Counted from the stretch's first letter, positions 7,127-15,580 are shown. The stretch: DNA of 20,000 nucleotides from an uncultured virus (IMG/VR IMGVR_UViG_3300051212_001283) (IMGVR_UViG_3300051212_001283); one strand, 5' to 3'. The notes: a model not told the origin generated them from the letters alone. Translations and numbers: made by a program.

Positions 7127-7651
7127 ATGTATTATACTTATTGCTATTTGAATGAGCAAAGAAGACCTTACTATATTGGTAAAGGGAGTGGAGATAGGGC
7201 ATATGATACTAATCACTCAGTTTCTCTCCCACCCAGAGATAGAATATTAATACTAAAAGACAACCTTACTGAAGAGGAATCTTTTAGGCATGAAGTCTAT
7301 ATGATAGAAGTATTGGGTAGAAAGAATCAGGGAACTGGTATATTGGAGAATATGACCAAAGGTGGAAAACAACCACCCATCTTTACATCACACTCTGAAG
7401 AAACTAAGTCTAAAATGAGACAAAGAAGACACTCTGAAGAAACCAAAAGAAAGATAGGTGCTGCATCAAAAGCGCGTATGAATGAAGAAGAGAAACGGAA
7501 ATTATCTAAATTATGGAAGGGAAGACCACTTACTCAGGAGACTAAAGATAAGTTGAGTAAGTCTTTAAAGGGGATTAAACGTAGTGAAGAGACAAAAGAA
7601 AAAATGAGAATCGCTGCCAAAAAACGATGGGAAAATCGTAGAAAAGGTTGA
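7127..7651 (+). CDS. Free-standing GIY-YIG homing endonuclease with NUMOD3 repeats
   Basis: YTYCYL.....PYYIGKG...R, E, LEN; repeats HSEETKSKMR, HSEETKRKIG, LTQETKDKLS, RSEETKEKMR. Confidence 0.88.
   Translation: MYYTYCYLNEQRRPYYIGKGSGDRAYDTNHSVSLPPRDRILILKDNLTEEESFRHEVYMIEVLGRKNQGTGILENMTKGGKQPPIFTSHSEETKSKMRQRRHSEETKRKIGAASKARMNEEEKRKLSKLWKGRPLTQETKDKLSKSLKGIKRSEETKEKMRIAAKKRWENRRKG
7390..7443 (+). repeat. 15-bp direct repeat encoding duplicated NUMOD3 motifs
   Basis: ACACTCTGAAGAAAC at 7390-7404 and 7429-7443. Confidence 0.8.
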
Positions 7652-7676
7652 CACCTCCCCTTTTTTTGACTATAAT
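7648..7676 (+). promoter_or_regulatory. Perfect sigma70-consensus (early) promoter upstream of the gp43-uvsX-gp41 block
   Basis: TTGACA (7648-7653), 17-bp spacer, TATAAT (7671-7676). Confidence 0.9.
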
Positions 7677-7698
7677 GTCATGAGGGAGAAAATAAAAG

Positions 7699-8028
7699 AT
7701 GTCAATCAAACTTGCATTATTAAAATCTGGAGAAACACTTATTTCCAATGTAAAGGAACTTGTTTCTGAAGAAAAAGTGTGTGGGTATATCTTCGAAAAT
7801 CCATACAAGGTAATTTCTGAAAGAAGTATAGTTCTTTCTGAACAAACTGACTATGATGCTAAAATACAAGTATCTCTAACTCCTTGGATTATACTAACCG
7901 AAGATACACATATGTTAGTAACAACAGACTGGGTTGTAACTTTAGTAGACCCAATTAAATCACTTAAACAAATGTATGAGGAGAAAGTAAATGGAGAAAA
8001 CAATCAAGTGTCTTTTACTGAAAGTTGA
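7699..8028 (+). CDS. Conserved T4-like cyanophage hypothetical protein (possible Sm-like beta fold)
   Basis: IKLALLKSGE.LIS, NPY, L.PW, DWVVT.V.P...L..MYEEK pattern; SD GAGGGAG. Confidence 0.7.
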   Translation: MSIKLALLKSGETLISNVKELVSEEKVCGYIFENPYKVISERSIVLSEQTDYDAKIQVSLTPWIILTEDTHMLVTTDWVVTLVDPIKSLKQMYEEKVNGENNQVSFTES

Positions 8029-8245
8029 TAATGTCATTGTGACAGAAATTATTGAAATTGGGTCTGAGTTAGGTGAACCTGATTGTAAATTAATTAATCC
8101 TTTTGAAATTGATACAGAGGGAAACCTAACACCTTGGCCTGATGTGACTGATCAAAGAGAAATGATGATTCACTCTGATAGTATTTTAACCATTGTTGAT
8201 CCAAAAGAAGAAATTATTAAAAAGTATCTTGAATTGACTTCCTGA
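7991..8245 (+). CDS. Conserved hypothetical protein, likely distant paralog of preceding gene
   Basis: IKCLLLK, EPDCKLINPF, L.PW, SDSILTIVDP...I..KY; stop overlaps gp43 ATG. Confidence 0.7.
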   Translation: MEKTIKCLLLKVDNVIVTEIIEIGSELGEPDCKLINPFEIDTEGNLTPWPDVTDQREMMIHSDSILTIVDPKEEIIKKYLELTS

Positions 8246-10746
8246 TGAGATTTTACACAAACGTTCAGATGGTCGGGGATCACTTCCTAGTCCGTGGTTA
8301 TGAAGATGGTAATCACTTTATGACCCGTGAGAAGTTTAACCCGACTCTTTTTATTCCTTCAAATAAAAAAACTAAATATCAAACTTTAGATGGAGAATAT
8401 GTTGAATCAATTCAACCTGGATCTGTTCGGGACTGTCGGGAATTTATCAAAAAATATGAGGGTGTAGAAAATTTTAAAATTTCTGGAAACACTTATTACA
8501 TTTATCAGTATATTTCTGAATTATATCCAGAGGATGAAATTAGGTTTGATACCAGTAAAATTAAAATTACAACCTTAGATATTGAGGTTGCTTCTGAAAA
8601 TGGATTTCCTGATGTGGAATCTGCTGCTGAAGAAGTGCTTCTAATTACAATTCAGGATTATTCAACCAAACAAATTAGAACTTGGGGTAAAGGTCAATTC
8701 ATCAACAAACAAAATAACGTCATCTATAAAGGATTTAGAACGGAAAGAGAATTACTTGATGATTTTATCAATTGGTGGATGATTGAGGAAAATACCCCAG
8801 AAGTCGTGACTGGATGGAATAGTGAATTGTATGATATTCCATATCTTGTTCGTAGGATTGATAGGATTCTTGGTGAAAAGTTGATGAAAAGAATGTCACC
8901 TTGGGGTCTTGTGACTGAGAGGGAAACATATATTGCAGGTCGCAAACATATTTCTTATGATGTCGGTGGTATTACTCAACTTGATTATCTTAACCTTTAT
9001 AAAAAGTTTACATATAAAGCACAGGAATCCTATCGTCTAGACTATATCGCAAGTGTTGAGTTGGGTCAGAAGAAACTAGACCACTCTGAGTTTGATACTT
9101 TTAAGGACTTTTATACAAAGGGTTGGCAGAAGTTTGTAGAATACAACATTATTGACGTGGAACTTGTTGACCGTTTGGAAGACAAAATGAAACTGATTGA
9201 ACTTGCAATTACAATGGCATATGATGCTAAAGCAAACTATGCTGATGTGTTTTCGCAGGTGCGGATGTGGGATACAATCATTTACAACTATCTTAAAAAA
9301 AGGGACATTGTTATTCCTCCAAAAGAAAAAACTGAAAAAGATTCAAAGTATGCTGGTGCTTATGTAAAGGAACCTGTTCCGGGAATGTATGATTGGGTTG
9401 TTAACTTTGACTTAAACTCACTGTATCCTCATTTGATCATGCAGTTTAATGTAAGTCCAGAAACTCTTGCTGAAGAAAGACATCCAACAGTGACAGTTGA
9501 TAAGATTCTCAATCAAGAAATTACATTTGAACTTTATAAAGACTATGCTGTTTGTGCCAATGGTGCTATGTATCGTAAAGATGTGAGAGGGTTTCTTCCA
9601 GAATTGATGGATAAAATATATCAGGATCGAACCATTTACAAGAAGAAAATGCTTGCTGCTAAACAGCAGTATGAGAAGAAAAAAACAAAGGAACTAGAAA
9701 AGGAGATTGCTCGCTGTAATAATATCCAAATGGCACGAAAGATTCAACTTAATTCTGCTTATGGTGCTATCGGCAATCAGTATTTTCGTTATTATAAGTT
9801 AGCAAACGCAGAAGCAATTACTTTATCTGGTCAAGTTGCAATTCGTTGGATTGAAAATAAACTCAATCAATATCTCAATAAACTACTAAAAACACAAGAA
9901 GTTGACTATGTTATTGCTTCTGATACCGACTCTGTTTATCTTAATATGGGCCCTTTGGTTGAAACTGTATACAAGGGAAGAGAGAAAACTACTCAAAGCA
10001 TTGTTTCGTTCCTTGATAAGGTCTGTAAGGTGGAACTTGAAAAGTATATTGAAGGTTGCTACCAAGAATTGGCTGAGTATGTGAATGCTTATGATCAAAA
10101 AATGCAGATGAAGCGTGAGAACATTGCTGAGCGTGGAATCTGGACTGCTAAAAAGCGTTACATTCTTAATGTTTGGAATAGTGAAGGTGTTCAATATGAA
10201 GAACCCAAACTGAAAATGATGGGTATTGAGGCAGTTAAATCTTCTACACCAGCACCTTGTCGTAAGATGATTAAAGATGCACTCAAACTGATGATGAGTG
10301 GATCTGAAGACGATGTGATTCACTTTATTGATAAATGTCGTGAAGAATTTAAGAAACTTCCTCCAGAGCAAATTGCTTTTCCAAGAACTGCTTCTGATGT
10401 GCGTAAGTATCATTCTTCATCCGCAATTTATGCCCACAAAACTCCCATTCATATTCGGGGAGCACTTCTTTTTAATCATTATATAAAAGAGAAGAAACTC
10501 ACGAATAAGTATTCATTGATTGGTAATGGTGAAAAAATTAAGTTTGTATATTTGAAAAAACCAAATATTATTCAAGAGAATATTATCTCCTTTATTCAGG
10601 ACTTCCCAAAGGAACTTGGTCTTGACAAATACATTGATTATGAACTACAATTTGAAAAGAGTTTTATTGATCCACTCAAGTCCATTCTTGATTCTATAGG
10701 ATGGTCTGTAGAAAAAACTGTAAATCTTGAGTCATTTTTTGCTTAA
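8245..10746 (+). CDS. gp43: Family B DNA polymerase (T4 gp43 homolog)
   Basis: Exo I DIE, Exo II GWN...YDIPY, Exo III YNIIDV; pol motifs FDLNSLYPH, KIQLNSAYG, SDTDS, KKRY; C-terminal clamp-binding-like NLESFF. Confidence 0.98.
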   Translation: MRFYTNVQMVGDHFLVRGYEDGNHFMTREKFNPTLFIPSNKKTKYQTLDGEYVESIQPGSVRDCREFIKKYEGVENFKISGNTYYIYQYISELYPEDEIRFDTSKIKITTLDIEVASENGFPDVESAAEEVLLITIQDYSTKQIRTWGKGQFINKQNNVIYKGFRTERELLDDFINWWMIEENTPEVVTGWNSELYDIPYLVRRIDRILGEKLMKRMSPWGLVTERETYIAGRKHISYDVGGITQLDYLNLYKKFTYKAQESYRLDYIASVELGQKKLDHSEFDTFKDFYTKGWQKFVEYNIIDVELVDRLEDKMKLIELAITMAYDAKANYADVFSQVRMWDTIIYNYLKKRDIVIPPKEKTEKDSKYAGAYVKEPVPGMYDWVVNFDLNSLYPHLIMQFNVSPETLAEERHPTVTVDKILNQEITFELYKDYAVCANGAMYRKDVRGFLPELMDKIYQDRTIYKKKMLAAKQQYEKKKTKELEKEIARCNNIQMARKIQLNSAYGAIGNQYFRYYKLANAEAITLSGQVAIRWIENKLNQYLNKLLKTQEVDYVIASDTDSVYLNMGPLVETVYKGREKTTQSIVSFLDKVCKVELEKYIEGCYQELAEYVNAYDQKMQMKRENIAERGIWTAKKRYILNVWNSEGVQYEEPKLKMMGIEAVKSSTPAPCRKMIKDALKLMMSGSEDDVIHFIDKCREEFKKLPPEQIAFPRTASDVRKYHSSSAIYAHKTPIHIRGALLFNHYIKEKKLTNKYSLIGNGEKIKFVYLKKPNIIQENIISFIQDFPKELGLDKYIDYELQFEKSFIDPLKSILDSIGWSVEKTVNLESFFA

Positions 10747-10880
10747 TGGAATTACCTATAACTGAAGATGAGTTAGAAATTATTATAAAAACTGTAAAGT
10801 TTATTAATCCACGACTTTATAGTAAACTTTGGTCTTATAAAGTAAACAATTTAAAGGAAAAGGACAATGGATTTTCTTAA
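10746..10880 (+). CDS. 44-aa hypothetical protein between gp43 and uvsX (not in ORF track)
   Basis: TAATG coupling to gp43 stop; MELPITEDELEIIIKTVKFINPRLYSKLWSYKVNNLKEKDNGFS*; fills the gap and overlaps uvsX start. Confidence 0.65.
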   Translation: MELPITEDELEIIIKTVKFINPRLYSKLWSYKVNNLKEKDNGFS

Positions 10881-11868
10881 AGAAATAGTAAAAGAAGTTG
10901 GTGGAGAGTACACCAAACTAGCATCTGATATTGATGAGACTGAGACTTATGTTGATACGGGTTCATACATTTTTAATGCACTGGTTTCAGGTAGCATATT
11001 TGGTGGTGTATCTGGGAATAAGATTACTGCTATTGCTGGAGAGTCTAGTACTGGAAAAACTTTCTTCAGTCTCGCCGTTGTTAAGAATTTTCTTGATAAT
11101 AATCCCGATGGTTATTGTCTCTATTTTGATACTGAGGCTGCCATTACTAAGTCTCTCTTAGAATCGCGTGGTATTGATACTGGTCGTCTTGTTGTAGTAA
11201 ATGTTGTAACCATTGAAGAGTTTCGTGGTAAAGCACTCAAGGCAGTGGATATCTACCTAAAAAAACCTGAAGCAGAACGAAAACCCTGTATGTTTGTGCT
11301 AGACTCTTTGGGTATGCTTTCTACAGAGAAGGAGATTACTGACGCTCTGAATGATAAGCAAGTGCGTGATATGACTAAATCACAACTTGTCAAAGGTGCT
11401 TTCCGTATGCTTACTCTTAAACTGGGTCAGGCAAGTATTCCTATGATTGTAACCAACCACACCTATGATGTTATCGGCGCTTATGTACCCACTAAAGAAA
11501 TGGGTGGTGGTAGTGGTTTGAAGTATGCTGCTTCTACTATCATCTATCTTTCTAAGAAGAAAGAAAAGGATGGTACAGAAATCGTTGGAAACATTATCAA
11601 GGCAAAGACTGCTAAATCACGTCTGAGTAAAGAAAACCAAGAAGTAGAAGTGCGTCTCTATTATGATGAGAGAGGTCTTGACCGATATTATGGTCTTCTC
11701 GAACTTGGTGAAGAAGCAGGAATGTGGAAGAATGTCGCAGGACGATATGAGATTAATGGTAAGAAAATTTATGGTAAGGAGATTCTAAAAAATCCAGACC
11801 AATATTTTACCGAAGAAGTAATGCAGCAACTTGATGCTGCCGCAAAACAACAATTCTCTTATGGATGA
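10867..11868 (+). CDS. uvsX: RecA-like recombinase UvsX
   Basis: Walker A AGESSTGKTF, LYFDTE, VLDSLGML, VTNHTY, MGGGSGLKYAAS. Confidence 0.96.
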   Translation: MDFLKEIVKEVGGEYTKLASDIDETETYVDTGSYIFNALVSGSIFGGVSGNKITAIAGESSTGKTFFSLAVVKNFLDNNPDGYCLYFDTEAAITKSLLESRGIDTGRLVVVNVVTIEEFRGKALKAVDIYLKKPEAERKPCMFVLDSLGMLSTEKEITDALNDKQVRDMTKSQLVKGAFRMLTLKLGQASIPMIVTNHTYDVIGAYVPTKEMGGGSGLKYAASTIIYLSKKKEKDGTEIVGNIIKAKTAKSRLSKENQEVEVRLYYDERGLDRYYGLLELGEEAGMWKNVAGRYEINGKKIYGKEILKNPDQYFTEEVMQQLDAAAKQQFSYG

Positions 11869-12418
11869 ATTAAATGATTTTATTCGCATTTATGAAAATG
11901 CTCTAGAGTCAAATATTTGCGATCTTTTGATTTCATTATTTGACCAGACTTCTGATAAGCATGAGAGGTTTGAGAATGAAGGTAAACCTAATTTTACTCA
12001 GTTTAATTTTACCGAAAATAGAGAGATCTCTTCAGAAGTAAATCAAATTCATAACCATGTTATTAAAAATGTATTCACTTACCGTGATAAGTATTATGAA
12101 TTTGTGGATACTAGAGTGTTTCCAAAAGATCATGCTTTTGAGCAATTTCGTATAAAGAAGTATAATCCTGGTGGTGAAGATCGTTTTGATACTCATGTTG
12201 ATGTGCTAGACTATCCATCAGCACGAAGATTTTTATCTTTTATGTGGTATTTAAATGATGTTGAAACTGGTGGAGAGACTGTGTTTAAAGATTTGATTAT
12301 TCAACCTAAAAAGGGTACATTATTGATATTCCCACCACTTTGGATGTTTCCACACAAAGGAAATGCTCCGATAGGTGAGTCAAAATATATTATGAGCACA
12401 TATTTACATTATAAGTAA
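11861..12418 (+). CDS. 2OG-Fe(II) dioxygenase (prolyl-4-hydroxylase-like)
   Basis: HxD (THVD), YLNDV..GGET.F, distal His (FPH.G), KY...TY; likely start ATG 11861. Confidence 0.9.
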   Translation: MDELNDFIRIYENALESNICDLLISLFDQTSDKHERFENEGKPNFTQFNFTENREISSEVNQIHNHVIKNVFTYRDKYYEFVDTRVFPKDHAFEQFRIKKYNPGGEDRFDTHVDVLDYPSARRFLSFMWYLNDVETGGETVFKDLIIQPKKGTLLIFPPLWMFPHKGNAPIGESKYIMSTYLHYK

Positions 12419-13794
12419 TGGAAAGAATTGAAACTACAATCCTTAGAAACCTGATATACAATGAAGATTACTCGCGTAAAGTCATTCCTTTCATACAACC
12501 AGATTATTTTGAGAGCAAATCCGAAAAAGTCATTTTTGAGGAGATTGTCCAATTTATTGTTAAATATGGTTCAGCAATCACCATCGAAGCACTCAACATT
12601 GAGATAGAAAATCGCACGGACTTGACAGAGGATCAGGTAAAAGAAGTCAGGGAAATTAATAAGTCTCTGAATGACTTTCCTGTTGAAAATCAATGGTTAC
12701 TTGATACTACTGAAAAATGGTGCCGAGACCGTGCTATCTATTTGGCACTTATGGAATCTATTCATATTGCTGATGGAAACAATGAAAAAAAGAATCGTGA
12801 TGCGATTCCTAGTATTCTTTCGGATGCTCTTGCAGTATCTTTTGACAACAACATTGGACATGATTACTTACAGAACTATGAAGAACGATATGAGTTTTAT
12901 CACAGACAAGAAGACAAAATCGAATTTGATCTTGAATACTTTAACAAAATCACGAAAGGTGGTCTCCCTAACAAAACTCTTAACATCGCTCTTGCTGGTA
13001 CGGGTGTCGGGAAATCTCTATTCATGTGCCATGTGGCTAGCTCCGTCTTGCTCCAAGGACGGAACGTTTTGTACATTACGCTGGAAATGGCAGAAGAACG
13101 CATTGCTGAAAGAATTGACGCAAACCTTCTGAATGTTCCAATTCAAAACATTACAGATTTGCCTAGACAAATGTTTGAAAGTAAGGTGACAAACCTTGCT
13201 AAGAAAACACAAGGTACTCTTATTATTAAAGAGTATCCAACTGCTTCGGCACATAGTGGACACTTCAAGGCACTTCTGAATGAATTATCATTGAAAAAGT
13301 CATTCAAACCAGACATTATCTTTATTGATTATCTGAATATCTGCGCCTCCAGTAGGTATAAGTCAAACCTTTCTGTGAATTCTTATTCTTATATCAAGGC
13401 AATTGCGGAAGAATTGCGTGGATTAGCGGTGGAATTCAATGTTCCTATTGTTTCTGCCACTCAAACCACGCGAAGTGGTTATGGTTCTTCTGATGTTGAA
13501 CTTACTGATACTAGTGAGTCTTTTGGTCTTCCTGCTACTGCTGACCTTATGTTTGCCCTCATTTCTACAGAAGAACTTGAGGGATTGGGGCAGATTATGG
13601 TCAAACAACTAAAAAACCGTTATAATGACCCTACTATCTACAAACGTTTTATTGTAGGTATTGATCGTGCCAAAATGCGTCTTTATGATTGCGAACAGAC
13701 TGCCCAAAAAGATATACTTGACAGTGGGCAGAATGATGAGTATAATGATGAAGACAAGAAACCCAAAAAGTCGTTTGAAGGATTTAAATTTTAA
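12418..13794 (+). CDS. gp41: Replicative DnaB-like helicase (T4 gp41 homolog)
   Basis: LAGTGVGKS, YITLEMAEE, IFIDYLNI, SATQTTR, SESFGLPATAD, KQLKNRY. Confidence 0.97.
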   Translation: MERIETTILRNLIYNEDYSRKVIPFIQPDYFESKSEKVIFEEIVQFIVKYGSAITIEALNIEIENRTDLTEDQVKEVREINKSLNDFPVENQWLLDTTEKWCRDRAIYLALMESIHIADGNNEKKNRDAIPSILSDALAVSFDNNIGHDYLQNYEERYEFYHRQEDKIEFDLEYFNKITKGGLPNKTLNIALAGTGVGKSLFMCHVASSVLLQGRNVLYITLEMAEERIAERIDANLLNVPIQNITDLPRQMFESKVTNLAKKTQGTLIIKEYPTASAHSGHFKALLNELSLKKSFKPDIIFIDYLNICASSRYKSNLSVNSYSYIKAIAEELRGLAVEFNVPIVSATQTTRSGYGSSDVELTDTSESFGLPATADLMFALISTEELEGLGQIMVKQLKNRYNDPTIYKRFIVGIDRAKMRLYDCEQTAQKDILDSGQNDEYNDEDKKPKKSFEGFKF

Positions 13795-14210
13795 TGGAAA
13801 CCGCTAAACATGTAAATTTTGATAAGTATGCTGAGTTTGTGGATGCAGTAACTTCTGATGCGTCCAAAGACTTCCTTGCTCTATCTGATCGTCTTGTTGC
13901 CCTTGATGAGAAAGGTGCGAATATTGAGCGTCTCCTTACTGCCTCTGTTGGTATCAATGCTGAAGGTGGTGAGTTTATGGAAATTGTCAAAAAGATGGTG
14001 TTCCAAGGAAAACCTTACAATGAAGATAATCGTGAGCACCTGATTATCGAACTTGGCGATATTATGTGGTATGTTGCCCAAGCCTGTATGGCACTTGGAG
14101 TGACCCTTGATGATGTTGTTGCTAAAAATGTTCAAAAACTTCTCAAGCGTTATCCTGAGGGTGCGTTTGATGTTTACTTCTCTGAAAACCGTGCTGCTGA
14201 CGACCGATGA
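13794..14210 (+). CDS. mazG: MazG-family nucleotide pyrophosphohydrolase
   Basis: AEGGEFMEIVKK, ELGDIMWYVAQ, N..KL.KRYP; typical position after gp41. Confidence 0.93.
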   Translation: METAKHVNFDKYAEFVDAVTSDASKDFLALSDRLVALDEKGANIERLLTASVGINAEGGEFMEIVKKMVFQGKPYNEDNREHLIIELGDIMWYVAQACMALGVTLDDVVAKNVQKLLKRYPEGAFDVYFSENRAADDR

Positions 14211-14392
14211 CTAAAGAAAAACAAGTAACTCTTAAAATGGATGCTCGCTGCGCTGCCGCAGTTCGTCAAATTCTTTTTGATGCACAAAAAGGATATACTT
14301 ATGATGAAGTAAGTGTTCCTCCTCGTATTAATGATATTCGCAATGTTATTCGAGATATTGATAGTAGTATTGGTACAGTTCTTGGTGTATAA
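14207..14392 (+). CDS. Small hypothetical protein
   Basis: ATGA overlap with mazG; 61 aa. Confidence 0.65.
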   Translation: MTKEKQVTLKMDARCAAAVRQILFDAQKGYTYDEVSVPPRINDIRNVIRDIDSSIGTVLGV

Positions 14393-14398
14393 TAAATA
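14391..14398 (+). promoter_or_regulatory. T4-type late promoter
   Basis: AATAAATA 9 nt upstream of ATG 14408. Confidence 0.55.
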
Positions 14399-14407
14399 TT
14401 TCAAAAA

Positions 14408-14806
14408 ATGTCTTTGATTGGCAAAAGAAAAGGAAGACCAACTACAAGAATACAGTTTGATACTATTCTTAAAAGATTTATTGTCTTCCTTAAAAGAGAA
14501 CTTCGTTTAACATATGATATTCCATATGTCCTCATAGATGACTCTGATTTTGCTAAAATCAATATGACTTTTGGTATGATGTCCGGAGAAATACTTTATA
14601 TTAGTATTATTAATCGCCATCCTATAGATATTCTAAGAACAGTATCTCATGAGTTCGTTCATTATAAACAAGTTATGGATGGAAAGAAAATCTCATCAAA
14701 TCCTGGAAGTTCCGCTGAAAATGAAGCAAATGCAAAAGCGGGCGAGATTGTGAGAAAGTATGGAAAACTTCATCCAGAATTATTTGACCTGATGCCAATT
14801 AGGTGA
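14408..14806 (+). CDS. Hypothetical protein with HExxH zincin-like motif
   Basis: DILRTVSHEFVHYKQ followed by ENEANAKAG (third-ligand Glu candidate). Confidence 0.7.
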   Translation: MSLIGKRKGRPTTRIQFDTILKRFIVFLKRELRLTYDIPYVLIDDSDFAKINMTFGMMSGEILYISIINRHPIDILRTVSHEFVHYKQVMDGKKISSNPGSSAENEANAKAGEIVRKYGKLHPELFDLMPIR

Positions 14807-14812
14807 TATGAT
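14784..14812 (+). promoter_or_regulatory. Sigma70-type promoter for tRNA-Ala
   Basis: TTGACC (14784-14789), 17 bp, TATGAT (14807-14812) with extended -10 TG. Confidence 0.7.
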
Positions 14813-14821
14813 TCTTTTTCT

Positions 14822-14894
14822 GGGGGCATAGCTCAATTGGAAGAGCACTTGATTTGCATTCAAGAGGTTTCGAGTTCGAGGCTCGATGCTTCCA
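14822..14894 (+). tRNA. tRNA-Ala(UGC), no encoded CCA
   Basis: Acceptor GGGGGCA/TGCTTCC with G3:U70 alanine determinant, D-stem GCTC/GAGC, anticodon stem CTTGA/TCAAG with loop TTTGCAT, T-arm TCGAG-TTCGAGG-CTCGA, discriminator A. Confidence 0.95.
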
Positions 14895-14916
14895 TTAGTG
14901 GAGAGTAAGAGAATAT

Positions 14917-14952
14917 TATAAATAACTATAGTTGTGGAGAGCACTATGGTTA
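14917..14952 (+). promoter_or_regulatory. Late promoter TATAAATA plus start-codon-sequestering hairpin
   Basis: TATAAATA 14917-14924; TAACTATAGT (14923-14932) pairs with ACTATGGTTA (14943-14952) containing ATG 14946; SD GGAG in loop. Confidence 0.8.
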
Positions 14953-15482
14953 GTTGTGTTTGTAAAAATTGTGGACTGCAATTTGAAAAAATTAAAAGTG
15001 AATATAATAGAAAAATTAAATTAGGAACTCCATTTTTTTGTAGTTTAAAATGTTCTAGTAGTTTTGATACTTCGCATTTAGATATCTGGAGAAAAAGTGA
15101 TGAAAATAGAAACTTTATAAGACAATTTAGTGGAAGTGACAGAGATGAGTATTCTCCTTTTAGGGAAACACTAAAAAAAGTTAAAAGTAGAAGTAAATCT
15201 AAAAATAGAGAGTGTAATATTGATTTAAAATATTTGAAAGAAGTATGGGAAATTCAAGAAGGTAAATGTCCATATTTAAAAAGAAAATTAGTTCTTCCTT
15301 TGACTGACCAATCTCATGATAAAACAAATCCAAATTTAATTGCTAGTTTAGATAGAATTGATAGTTCAAAAGGATATGTAAAGGGAAATATACAATTTAT
15401 TAGCACAACTTTAAATTTTGCTAAAAACAAATATGATGAAAAGGTTTTATTAAATTTAATTGAAATGTGCGCTACACTATGA
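14946..15482 (+). CDS. Putative HNH-like homing endonuclease with N-terminal Cys-rich zinc module
   Basis: CKNC...FCSLKC; C-terminal QEGKCPY, SLDRIDSSKGYVKGNIQFI...LN.AKN; very AT-rich; inserted between two tRNAs. Confidence 0.8.
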   Translation: MVSCVCKNCGLQFEKIKSEYNRKIKLGTPFFCSLKCSSSFDTSHLDIWRKSDENRNFIRQFSGSDRDEYSPFRETLKKVKSRSKSKNRECNIDLKYLKEVWEIQEGKCPYLKRKLVLPLTDQSHDKTNPNLIASLDRIDSSKGYVKGNIQFISTTLNFAKNKYDEKVLLNLIEMCATL

Positions 15483-15488
15483 TATAAT
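15460..15488 (+). promoter_or_regulatory. Sigma70-type promoter for tRNA-Leu
   Basis: TTGAAA (15460-15465), 17 bp, TATAAT (15483-15488) with extended -10 TG; overlaps endonuclease 3' end. Confidence 0.75.
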
Positions 15489-15496
15489 AAGAATAT

Positions 15497-15576
15497 GCCC
15501 AAGTGGTGAAACTGGTATACACGCATGACTTAGGATCATGTGCTTCGGCGTGGAGGTTCGAGTCCTCTCTTGGGCA
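15497..15576 (+). tRNA. tRNA-Leu(UAG), no encoded CCA
   Basis: Acceptor GCCCAAG/CTTGGGC, anticodon stem CATGA/TCATG with loop CTTAGGA, variable arm GC-TTCG-GC, T-arm GGAGG-TTCGAGT-CCTCT, discriminator A. Confidence 0.95.
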
Positions 15577-15580
15577 TTGA

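Noticed and set aside
8245..13794. Introns or inteins in gp43, uvsX or gp41
   Set aside because: ORFs are continuous, of ordinary length, and lack intein splice motifs.
11861..14210. 2OG-Fe(II) oxygenase and mazG as novel auxiliary genes
   Set aside because: Both are common, well-described cyanomyovirus genes.
15497..15576. TAG in the anticodon loop as an amber suppressor or sign of recoding
   Set aside because: Anticodon UAG reads CUA (Leu); a suppressor would have anticodon CUA. Genes translate intact in the standard code.
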